From contig CAXXOU010000004.1 in NCBI GenBank assembly GCA_963677495.2, positions 352,001-416,000 of the forward strand: a stretch of 64,000 bases of DNA, written 5' to 3'. How positions within the stretch are numbered: the first letter of the stretch is position 1; each line of letters starts with the position of its first letter. Under the pieces are notes generated by a model that saw nothing but the letters and a program-made list of their open reading frames with translations, did no database searches and had not been told where the DNA came from. The translations under genes were made by a program, and so were the position numbers. Positions 55,738 through 64,000 of the stretch are shown here, piece after piece. Source of the stretch: Candidatus Cloacimonadales bacterium. Lineage in GTDB: Bacteria; Cloacimonadota; Cloacimonadia; Cloacimonadales; JAFGVF01.

Positions 55738-58416
55738 ATGATGACGAAAAGTTATCTGCTTCCATTGGTTATATCCCTTTTGTCGACAATACTAATGGCA
55801 GACGGAATACAACCAATCGGGGCCGGAACCGAGTCTGATCCCTATCAGGTGGAGATTCTGGATAATCTACTTTGGATTACCACAAATCCTGATTCTTGGG
55901 ACAGCCACTTTATACAAACAAATGATATTGATGCTATTACTACGCAAAACTGGTACGATGGTGATGGGTATAATCCAATCGGTGTACTTAATCTAACATC
56001 ATGGAATGTTGATTCCATTGTAACATCAGGAGTTCCTTTTACAGGCTCATACGATGGACAAGGATTTTCAATAAGTAATATTATATGCAACTCAAATCCT
56101 CAAGGTGATATAATTGCATTGTTTAGCTATACTGAAGATGCAACTATTAAAGATGTTCATATCAACTCATTAACAAATCAAACACACAAACAAACAGCCG
56201 GGATAGTTGGACATGCAATTGATTCCACAATTGAAGATTGCTCTTTTAGTGGATCTATGACTAAAACAGATAACAACAATATTGGATGTGCAGGTATTGT
56301 TTGGTTTGCTCAAAACAGTTTAATATCCAGATGTACGAATGATGGAGAGACTAATAGTCGTAGTTGGTATGGCATTTCTTACTACATTGACAATACTGAT
56401 ATTGAGTACTGCTCTGTGAATCTAAATATAGACACTCTAATGTCTTGCTATGGCTTTGTAGATCATTGCTTGAATTTAAGTACAATATCGTTTTGTGAAT
56501 CTACAGTAAACTCTAGTATTAGATTGTGGTATTATGCTGGCTTTGTTAATCTGTTAAACCATTCTAGAATAGAGGATTGTGTAATTAATTCGGGAGCTAT
56601 TGATTGTGCTGAAGGTGCTGGGATAGCCCTTACAATGACCAACCATTCAAGAGTTATTGATTGTACGAATAATGGAAATCTATACGGTGATCGTCGTTTA
56701 GCTGGAATCGCATCAAGGTGTTTCTTAAACAGTGTAATATCAAACTGTATTAATAATGGGGATCTTCTCCCATCTCAATATTCCTGGCTCGTAACAAGAG
56801 CGTCTGGTATTGCTATATCTGTATCTGATAGTAGAATTGATTACTGTACTAACAATGGGAATCTAAATTCTTATGAAGGAGCTGGAATTGTAAATGGAAT
56901 TACAAGTTATGGTATTATTGAAAATTGTGTAAACAATGGAGAAATTGTTGGTAGTACAGTAGGAGGTATAGTTAACAATTGTAATGTTTCCAATATACGT
57001 TATTGCGTAAACAATGGAAACATCATCTCTTACATCTCAGGAGGAGGTGTTTGCCAAACAGCAAGTGGAAGCAGTCATATAGAGGAATGTGTAAATTATG
57101 GGAATTTATCCCATTCCAATAATGGAGATTGGACTATTGAAGCATTAGGTGGTATAATATCAGTGATAGAAAATGGTGTTAGTATTACTAAATGTATCAA
57201 CTATGGAGATATTGCATCGTTGCTCAAAGGGGGAGCTTTGATAGGTTCGTTAAATGGTTATGATATTAACATATCTAACTCATACTATGGGAGAACTCAA
57301 AGCGAAGTAGTAGCTTCTGAACTATGTTTAATAGGAAGAACTGAAGACTATCTGTTTAGCGAATGGGAAGAAAACGGTTATTGCTTAAATCCTAGTGATT
57401 ATTTTCAGTTATCTGATGGTGACAGTTTTGTATTAAGTTGTCCGGATGATATCAGAAAACTATCAGTATTTTCAGAAGAGGGATATTCTTTTAGCATTTC
57501 AGAAGATATAGATTTATCTACTTTACCAGATACATTTCTTCCTTACTTCCAAGGAAAGATTGAAGGCAATGGTCGGAAAATCAGCAGTTTAAATATTGCG
57601 GATAACAGATATAACAATATAGGTTTCATAGGTATATTGAACCAAGCAGAGATTACCAAACTTGGAGTTACAGACTTTTTTTATCAAGGTAATAAGTACG
57701 CAGGTGGCTTTACATCAGTTTCATCAAATAGCATGATTGAGAATTGTTATGCCAAAGGTACAATTGACAGCACATTGGATGTTGGTGGTTTTGTATATAC
57801 TAACGCTTCAAGTGTCTCTAAATGCTACTCAGCATGCACATTGCCCATACTAGAAAATACATCTGGTTTTTGTCATTTAAACGATGGCACTATCACCAAC
57901 TCCTTCTGGGACATGGAAGTATCAGGGATAGATCATAGCGATGGAGGAGAGGGTAAAACCAATTTAGAGATGAGACAGTATAACACATATTTCTTATCAG
58001 GTTGGGATTTCACTAATGAAACTGTGAATGGAGAAGAGAATATCTGGTTCATTCATCCTCAAGTAAATGATGGATATCCTCATCATATAGTGCAAGAGGT
58101 TGTTTCAAATAATGAGCAAGTTCTCGAAACTACAAACAGAGCAACTCAACTAATAGGTAACTACCCGAATCCCTTTAATCCTGAAACTACTATCGAGTTT
58201 AACTCAGATAAGAATCAGCAGATAGAAATCACAGTTTATAACATAAAAGGTCAGAAAGTGAAAACAGTAACTGACCAGACTTTTGGAGAGGGTAAACATA
58301 AAGTAGTCTGGACCGGAATCGATGATTCCGGTCTCCCTGTTAGTAGTGGATACTATCTCTGCCGTCTTAAAAACAGAGATAGTACAGATCTTAAGAAACT
58401 TTTACTGATGCAGTAG
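55738..58416 (+). CDS. Secreted GLUG-like/beta-helix repeat protein with FlgD/T9SS-type CTD
   Basis: GAGTESDPYQV; FTGSYDGQG; many C.N.G repeats; GWDF; NYPNPFNPET..SSGYY..KKLLLMQ. Confidence 0.82.
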   Translation: MMTKSYLLPLVISLLSTILMADGIQPIGAGTESDPYQVEILDNLLWITTNPDSWDSHFIQTNDIDAITTQNWYDGDGYNPIGVLNLTSWNVDSIVTSGVPFTGSYDGQGFSISNIICNSNPQGDIIALFSYTEDATIKDVHINSLTNQTHKQTAGIVGHAIDSTIEDCSFSGSMTKTDNNNIGCAGIVWFAQNSLISRCTNDGETNSRSWYGISYYIDNTDIEYCSVNLNIDTLMSCYGFVDHCLNLSTISFCESTVNSSIRLWYYAGFVNLLNHSRIEDCVINSGAIDCAEGAGIALTMTNHSRVIDCTNNGNLYGDRRLAGIASRCFLNSVISNCINNGDLLPSQYSWLVTRASGIAISVSDSRIDYCTNNGNLNSYEGAGIVNGITSYGIIENCVNNGEIVGSTVGGIVNNCNVSNIRYCVNNGNIISYISGGGVCQTASGSSHIEECVNYGNLSHSNNGDWTIEALGGIISVIENGVSITKCINYGDIASLLKGGALIGSLNGYDINISNSYYGRTQSEVVASELCLIGRTEDYLFSEWEENGYCLNPSDYFQLSDGDSFVLSCPDDIRKLSVFSEEGYSFSISEDIDLSTLPDTFLPYFQGKIEGNGRKISSLNIADNRYNNIGFIGILNQAEITKLGVTDFFYQGNKYAGGFTSVSSNSMIENCYAKGTIDSTLDVGGFVYTNASSVSKCYSACTLPILENTSGFCHLNDGTITNSFWDMEVSGIDHSDGGEGKTNLEMRQYNTYFLSGWDFTNETVNGEENIWFIHPQVNDGYPHHIVQEVVSNNEQVLETTNRATQLIGNYPNPFNPETTIEFNSDKNQQIEITVYNIKGQKVKTVTDQTFGEGKHKVVWTGIDDSGLPVSSGYYLCRLKNRDSTDLKKLLLMQ

Positions 58417-58431
58417 CGGATCTACCTCATC

Positions 58432-58470
58432 AATCCACCTGGTAAGGGGTCGAGACTTATCAGGTGGATT
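58432..58470. repeat. Palindrome between convergent genes (REP-like or terminator)
   Basis: AATCCACCTGGTAAG-N9-CTTATCAGGTGGATT (14/15). Confidence 0.6.
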
Positions 58471-58588
58471 CCCAAATTTATCAATAAGAGATAGTTTGTC
58501 TGTTAGTACAATCTTTATGAAGTATGGCTACTTTAGGAAGTTATTCATTAAACAAGCTTCTCTTAAATATTGTAATATGTTCTACTAG

Positions 58589-60460
58589 CTATTTAATCTT
58601 CAAAATCCTTTTAGTAATATAATTATTTTCTGAAGTCATTTGAATAAAGTAATAACCGGTCTTTACTTCTATTCCATATTTATTCCTACCATCCCAATTT
58701 AGCATATAATCACCAGAAGAATATGTTGGAAAACTCATTACTTTCTGACCTCTTAAGTTATAAATAGAGATTTCTGCTTGGTCGTAGTCTGCGACTTTCA
58801 AACTAAACTGAAAATTCGAAGTAAATGGAGAAGGATATGGATTTGTAATATAAGATTTTGCACAAAGAGCAGGTTGCTCAATAACACCATTCGGAGTAAT
58901 CCCCCCAGTAGTGAAGTGCCATAAACCACCCCAGTACTCGTTTTCTGCACTAATTGCTTTAACTTTCCACCAGTATTCAGTATATGGCTGCAGTTCTAGT
59001 GGATAAATATATGTGTTTTCTATTACATTTTCTCCTATCCCAATATAGGCTAGACTATCTGCTGAATTACCTAGATAGATTTCATAAGTAGCAACAATGT
59101 CAAAGTTTCCGTACCAAGAAAGTGTTCTTCCTACTGGTACATTGACCTCATCTCTAAATGGAATTGGGTAACATGGTGCGAAGTAGTTTATATCATAATC
59201 ATAATGTAGATAGTTCCAGTTCCAATCGATAATATCGATGTGCTCATTCTGTGCTTCTAGAGAAAGTGGATTAGACTGCAAAGTAATTCTTGCATTAAAC
59301 AGCTCCTGATTTGAAGCAAGATATGAAATGTCAGTTATCTCATTATGATCTAAAAACAGCCAATTCAATTCTCCAAAATCTGACAAACACGATATATCTG
59401 ATATATTGTTTCCACGAAGATTCAAAGTACCAATATCTACGAAACCAGCTAAACATGAAATATCAGATATCTGATTGTAACTAAGTCCTAAATCTCTAGG
59501 ATCGGAAAGTTCGGATAGGAATGATATGTCATTTACATGATTATTATCTATTCTTAACGTACTTAACTCAGTCAGAACTGATAAACAAGACACATCTGTT
59601 AACTGATTATTTTGGAGAAATAAACTATGTAATTCAGAAAGATCTGTCAAACATGAGACATCTGATATCTGATTATTAGATATCCACAGTAGAGTTAGCT
59701 CATACAATGTAGATAAGGGAGTTACATCTGAAATTAAATTATCAGATAGCCATAATAAACTTAAGTTGGACATCCCAGAAAGAGGAGAAATGCTGGAGAT
59801 TAGATTATCTCGAAGATCTAATGTTCTTAAATTAGTTAAATATTGTAATGAGGAGATATCTTCAATTTGATTACTATTTAATTTGAGCCACTGCATATTG
59901 ACAAATGATGAGAGAATAGAGATATCTCTTATATAATTCTGAGTCAAAATAAGTTCCACGAGTTCAGTCATCCCCGATAAATAGAATATATCTGTTGTCC
60001 TGCTTCCACAAAAACCTGTTCTGTTCAAAGACAAACTTCGTAAATTAGTTAATCCGGAAAGGTATGAAAAATCCGTTATCTGACTCTCCGATATATTAAG
60101 GGTCTCAAGATTGACTAAAGATTCCAAAGGTGAAATATCAGATATATTATTTTGTTGAAGATCTAAATACTCTAGGTTTGTTAAGCCAGATAATGGTGAT
60201 ATATCGGAAATATCATTATCACCAAAGTATAAGTAAGTTACATTTATTAGGTACTGTGCTCCTTCAATTGATGATATATCTAAATCCCAACAATCTAAAT
60301 GACCTGCTAAAGAGTTTAAGTCAGTGATTGTAGGACTATAGTTATCGAGATGTCCTGTGGCGCGAGCTAAAAAGACTCTAAAATTCCTATCGGGCACTAT
60401 ATGAGAAAACAGATAAGAAGTGAACAGAATGCATATTAGAACGATTATTGTTTTCTTCAT
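58589..60460 (-). CDS. Internalin-like leucine-rich repeat protein with FN3-like module and FlgD/T9SS-type CTD
   Basis: Signal peptide; about 14 22-aa LRRs (L..L.L..N.ISDIS.L); YPSPF..TGYYF..KRILKIK. Confidence 0.88.
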   Translation of the reverse strand: MKKTIIVLICILFTSYLFSHIVPDRNFRVFLARATGHLDNYSPTITDLNSLAGHLDCWDLDISSIEGAQYLINVTYLYFGDNDISDISPLSGLTNLEYLDLQQNNISDISPLESLVNLETLNISESQITDFSYLSGLTNLRSLSLNRTGFCGSRTTDIFYLSGMTELVELILTQNYIRDISILSSFVNMQWLKLNSNQIEDISSLQYLTNLRTLDLRDNLISSISPLSGMSNLSLLWLSDNLISDVTPLSTLYELTLLWISNNQISDVSCLTDLSELHSLFLQNNQLTDVSCLSVLTELSTLRIDNNHVNDISFLSELSDPRDLGLSYNQISDISCLAGFVDIGTLNLRGNNISDISCLSDFGELNWLFLDHNEITDISYLASNQELFNARITLQSNPLSLEAQNEHIDIIDWNWNYLHYDYDINYFAPCYPIPFRDEVNVPVGRTLSWYGNFDIVATYEIYLGNSADSLAYIGIGENVIENTYIYPLELQPYTEYWWKVKAISAENEYWGGLWHFTTGGITPNGVIEQPALCAKSYITNPYPSPFTSNFQFSLKVADYDQAEISIYNLRGQKVMSFPTYSSGDYMLNWDGRNKYGIEVKTGYYFIQMTSENNYITKRILKIK

Positions 60461-60724
60461 GAGAAACCTCCAACTACTTCGGAATATAGTTAGATATTAT
60501 ATTATGTCAAGCATATTATTCAGTTAAGAATGTTACTATGATCCTAAGACCGAAATTGGATTATCTTATCTAATAAAATGAGTTTCGGCAAATAAATAGT
60601 AATTTATGTAATCAAAATGTACGAATGCATTTTCATATGTAGTAATGATACCCTTTTATTGCAAAATCCTTGCACAATCTGCAGTTAGTTTATTCTTGGT
60701 TCTAATCTTAGCAATGGAGAAGAT

Positions 60725-62716
60725 TTGAAAATGAAACCTGAATTATTATTACCTGCCGGAAACATAGAAGCTTTAGCTGCAGCCATCGATGGTGGTGCTG
60801 ATGCTGTATATCTTGGAATAGATAGATTTAATGCCAGAAACAGAGCTGTGAACTTTAAGCTCTTTGAATTAACATCACTCGTTGATTATGCCCATAAACA
60901 TAACACAAAAATATATCTTACACTCAATACCCTCATCAAAAACAATGAGTTGATGCAACTTGCCAACACTATACATATGTTAGGACAAACAGGTGTGGAT
61001 GCGTTCATTATTCAAGACTGGGCAGTGTATTCTCTTGCAAAAAGACTTACAGAGGTGGAGATACATGCCAGCACACAGATGGGTTTTCACAACTCTGCAG
61101 GTGCAAATCTTTGCGAAACTCTCAAAATGCCACGAGTGATTCTAGCTCGTGAGCTCACGATACCAGAGATGAAGGCAGTTAATGATGAATCTAACATAGA
61201 GCTTGAAACTTTTGTGCATGGTGCTCTATGCTATTCATTCTCAGGTAAATGTCTCTTTAGTAGTTATTGTGGTGGTATGAGTGCTAATCGTGGGCAGTGT
61301 CGACAGCCATGTCGTAGAATATACCAGAATAAGAAGGATAGTGCATATCTCTTTAGTTTGAAAGATTTGGAAGCAATTGAAATGGTCCCTAAACTCGCTG
61401 AGATTGGAGTCAAAAGCCTTAAGATCGAGGGGCGTATGAAACGTCCTGAATATGTGTATCGTGTTGCAAAAGCTTACCGTATGGTGATTGATGACCCTAC
61501 TAAGATAGAAGAAGCTAAGCTTATACTACAAGATGACTATGCACGTGAGAAAACAGGTTACTTCATGGGTGGAAACATCAAAGAAGCAATCGGCTCGGAA
61601 GTTTTTACAGGCAAACGAATTGGTGAAGTTACAGTTACAGGTAAGAAAGTTCTAACTATGGTTCTTGACTTCCCGCTCGAGAAGGGATCATTGATAAGGG
61701 TTAGACCGGTTGATGGTAGAGATGCTCCTCCAATCAAAGTGAAGCAGATGATTGATGCTGAAACCGGTGAAGTTACTGAATATGCTGGAGCCGGGGATCA
61801 GGTTTATATACCTGATATTGATATGTACGTTAGAAGAGGAGAGCAAATCTACCTTGTCTCCGATAACAGCTACAGACCTCCACGCATAAGAGTAAAGAAT
61901 AGTAAACGATTATCACAATTATCGCAAGAGGAGCAACGTAAACTTGTTTCAGATTTAAGATATAAAACTACAGGTATCCCCAAAGGTCTTTTTTTACGTA
62001 TAAATGATCAGAAATGGTTAGATGTACTGGATGTTCGTAAGTTTGCCGGTGTGATCATGAGAATTGAGTTTGATAAGACTCTCCAAGTTCCTCAGCTTAA
62101 ATCCAGTTTGCTGAAGAACATCTATCTGGAACTGCCATACTTTATACCTGAATATAACATAGAACAGGTAAAAGATGTATTGGAACAGCTTGTTTCTATG
62201 GGCTATTACAACTACTCACTAAGCAGTGTAAGCCAGAAAGAGCTTTTCCCGAATGAGAAAAGTCTTGTCTTCATAACTAACGAAAAAGAGTATTGCCTTA
62301 ACGATTTGAGTATTGATTTCTTACAACGTCAGAATATTGCTTCTGTGATTTACCCACTTGAAAACGATTTTCCGAATCTTTCTCAATACAAGCTTAAAAC
62401 AGGTATAGTACCAATCTATTTCTATCCTGAGCTTTTTGTGAGTAGAATGCCTGTTTACTCTGATGAGTTTAGGGATGAGGATAACAAGTACAATATCGAC
62501 CATAGAAGTGGTATTACCTACGTTTTACCTAAACACCCTGTGGCAGTATTCAATCTTAAGAAGAGACTCCAGGATAAGGGTTTTAGAAGCTTCCTGATTG
62601 ATCTGTCATACACTAAGCCGGGAAATAACCTGATTAAACAGCTACTTAACTTTTACGGCAAAGGAACTAACCCACCAAACACAACAAGGTTTAACTACAA
62701 AAAAGGACTTTGGTAA
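60725..62716 (+). CDS. U32 family protein (RlhA-like RNA hydroxylation protein)
   Basis: PELLLPAG; GADAVYLG; HASTQ; ETFVHGALC.SFSG.C..S; NRGQCRQPCR; LKIEGR. Start may be ATG 60731. Confidence 0.88.
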   Translation: MKMKPELLLPAGNIEALAAAIDGGADAVYLGIDRFNARNRAVNFKLFELTSLVDYAHKHNTKIYLTLNTLIKNNELMQLANTIHMLGQTGVDAFIIQDWAVYSLAKRLTEVEIHASTQMGFHNSAGANLCETLKMPRVILARELTIPEMKAVNDESNIELETFVHGALCYSFSGKCLFSSYCGGMSANRGQCRQPCRRIYQNKKDSAYLFSLKDLEAIEMVPKLAEIGVKSLKIEGRMKRPEYVYRVAKAYRMVIDDPTKIEEAKLILQDDYAREKTGYFMGGNIKEAIGSEVFTGKRIGEVTVTGKKVLTMVLDFPLEKGSLIRVRPVDGRDAPPIKVKQMIDAETGEVTEYAGAGDQVYIPDIDMYVRRGEQIYLVSDNSYRPPRIRVKNSKRLSQLSQEEQRKLVSDLRYKTTGIPKGLFLRINDQKWLDVLDVRKFAGVIMRIEFDKTLQVPQLKSSLLKNIYLELPYFIPEYNIEQVKDVLEQLVSMGYYNYSLSSVSQKELFPNEKSLVFITNEKEYCLNDLSIDFLQRQNIASVIYPLENDFPNLSQYKLKTGIVPIYFYPELFVSRMPVYSDEFRDEDNKYNIDHRSGITYVLPKHPVAVFNLKKRLQDKGFRSFLIDLSYTKPGNNLIKQLLNFYGKGTNPPNTTRFNYKKGLW

Positions 62717-62717
62717 T

Positions 62718-62977
62718 GTAGTCCGATCACCCTTGATCGGACTTAAGTTGCACTTCCACCCACCTTTGGAATGGTCGAAGACCTTGCAAATGGTGAGTTC
62801 GTAGGACACTCTGCCAGCTAGTCAGATTAGCGGAGCTAAGCAATTCCACGCTTAGAGGTATCGTTTTCACGACGAAGTGTTTCTTCCTTCGAAGTGTACC
62901 ATTTGCAAGGTCTTCGACCATTCCAAAGGTACGGATAAGCTGATCATGAGGACCGGGAAGCGGACAGGATGTCCGCG
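62718..62977. repeat. Composite REP/REPIN-like cluster between convergent genes
   Basis: GTAG-led hairpin AGTCCGATCA-CCCT-TGATCGGACT (62720-62743); perfect 33-bp IR 62762-62794 / 62898-62930; GCGGACAGGATGTCCGC hairpin near 62960-62976. Confidence 0.85.
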
Positions 62978-62990
62978 AACCCAGTTAAAG

Positions 62991-64000
62991 TTATTTCAAA
63001 AGAACCATCTTCTTAGATTTCGTATAAGATCCTGCTTTTAGCTTATAGAAATAAACACCTGATGCAGTTGCTTGGTTACTGCTATCAAGCCCATCCCAAG
63101 AAACACTGTGATTTCCTTGCGGTTTAACATCATTTACTAATGTTCTAACATGCTGACCACGAACATTAAATACTTCTAGAGAAACATTCTGTTGCTTATC
63201 AAGATAGAAGCTGATACCAGTGGTGGGATTGAAAGGATTAGGATAACAACCAATAAGCTTTGTATTTTTAATAGCTTGCTGGTTCTCATCATTAGATACA
63301 ACCCTTTGATCAAATGTACAATCATCAATTGCGAGGGCTATTGCATCCTCTGTTATGCAATTAATGGCAACTCTGACTCTCTGACCAATAAAGTCTGTAA
63401 GTGAGAAGGCGTATTCTGTCCACTGTTCAGGTGGCTCTAAATAGTCGCCTGAAGATAGTTGAACAAAGTCTTCCGGGTTAGTAGAACCAGTTGAAATCAT
63501 AACTCTGATTCTATCATTCCCATAGCTATCATCAATTGTCTTTGCGAAGAAGCTGAAGGCAGAGTTCTCAATAACATCATAGTTAGGTGAGATCAGCCAA
63601 TCATCATTGGTTGAACCATTACTGGAGTTAGCTGAGAAAGCAACCATCTCTTTTGCTCCACTATGTGGTGTCCAGTTACCTGAAAGGGGAGGTACAGTTG
63701 CAGATGGGTTGAACAATATGAAAGAGGTGGATGCACCATTACCGGGGAAGGTTACGTTCATAGGATAGTTCTGAGTCTGATCCAAGTCAGCACTATGCCA
63801 AGGGTAAAGGTCTTGCGTGAAATCAGTGTAAACTTCAAAATCATCAGTCCAAGGAGTAGGGCTGAGGTTAAAGTCAATATTAACAGTCTCAGTATTTGAT
63901 TGTTCTGATTCACCTTCGGCATATACAGATGTGACATAATATTCTTCAAGCCCCTCTTCAGGTCCAATCTCCAGATATGATGTCTGTTCCCAATCATCGA
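62991..64000 (-). CDS. Secreted protein with FN3-like and cleaved-adhesin (gingipain-type) domains and FlgD/T9SS-type CTD; partial, start lies beyond the window
   Basis: Frame is open from 63998 (DDWEQTSYLE..YYVTSVYAEGESEQSN..DDFEVY..) through NDDWLISP and CYPNPFNPTT..SGVYF..KKMVLLK. Confidence 0.85.
   Translation of the reverse strand, partial: DDWEQTSYLEIGPEEGLEEYYVTSVYAEGESEQSNTETVNIDFNLSPTPWTDDFEVYTDFTQDLYPWHSADLDQTQNYPMNVTFPGNGASTSFILFNPSATVPPLSGNWTPHSGAKEMVAFSANSSNGSTNDDWLISPNYDVIENSAFSFFAKTIDDSYGNDRIRVMISTGSTNPEDFVQLSSGDYLEPPEQWTEYAFSLTDFIGQRVRVAINCITEDAIALAIDDCTFDQRVVSNDENQQAIKNTKLIGCYPNPFNPTTGISFYLDKQQNVSLEVFNVRGQHVRTLVNDVKPQGNHSVSWDGLDSSNQATASGVYFYKLKAGSYTKSKKMVLLK

Noticed and set aside
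59330..60230. 66-bp periodic DNA repeats
   Set aside because: Explained by the 22-aa LRR units of the coding sequence.
1269..62503. Many 60-140 aa antisense or off-frame ORFs nested in long genes
   Set aside because: Shadows of well-supported CDSs, with no independent RBS or motifs.
63758..63997. Apparent frameshift or separate ORF upstream of 62991-63785
   Set aside because: The 62991 frame stays open to the window edge with sensible FN3-like sequence; the 79-aa ORF is an off-frame shadow.

Overview
AT-rich bacterial chromosomal segment, most likely Candidatus Cloacimonadota or a related FCB-group lineage (inferred from many secreted proteins ending in a YPNPFNP... FlgD-Ig/T9SS-type C-terminal domain). 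Housekeeping genes: rocD, maf, rsmG-parA-parB, tRNA Gly-Cys-Leu-Gly, eukaryote-type UGPase, tsaB, folA, pdxJ, kbl, rqcH, recO, a U32 protein and an acyl-CoA dehydrogenase. It also carries an M16 peptidase pair, an MCE/Mla ABC operon, one intact IS21 element and eight CTD-bearing secreted proteins plus a stand-alone CTD. The most unusual signals are: (1) eight intergenic arrays with exact 11-bp periodicity, four of them at a fixed distance from an inverted pair of DnaA-box 9-mers; (2) an MCE operon whose PqiC-like lipoprotein is fused to an apparent outer-membrane beta-barrel; (3) three paralogous secreted proteins with an intact, a degenerate and no endonuclease I domain; (4) a synonymous-only duplicate of a gene 3' end; (5) several REP-like palindrome families. 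All calls come from reading the sequence by eye; no searches were run.
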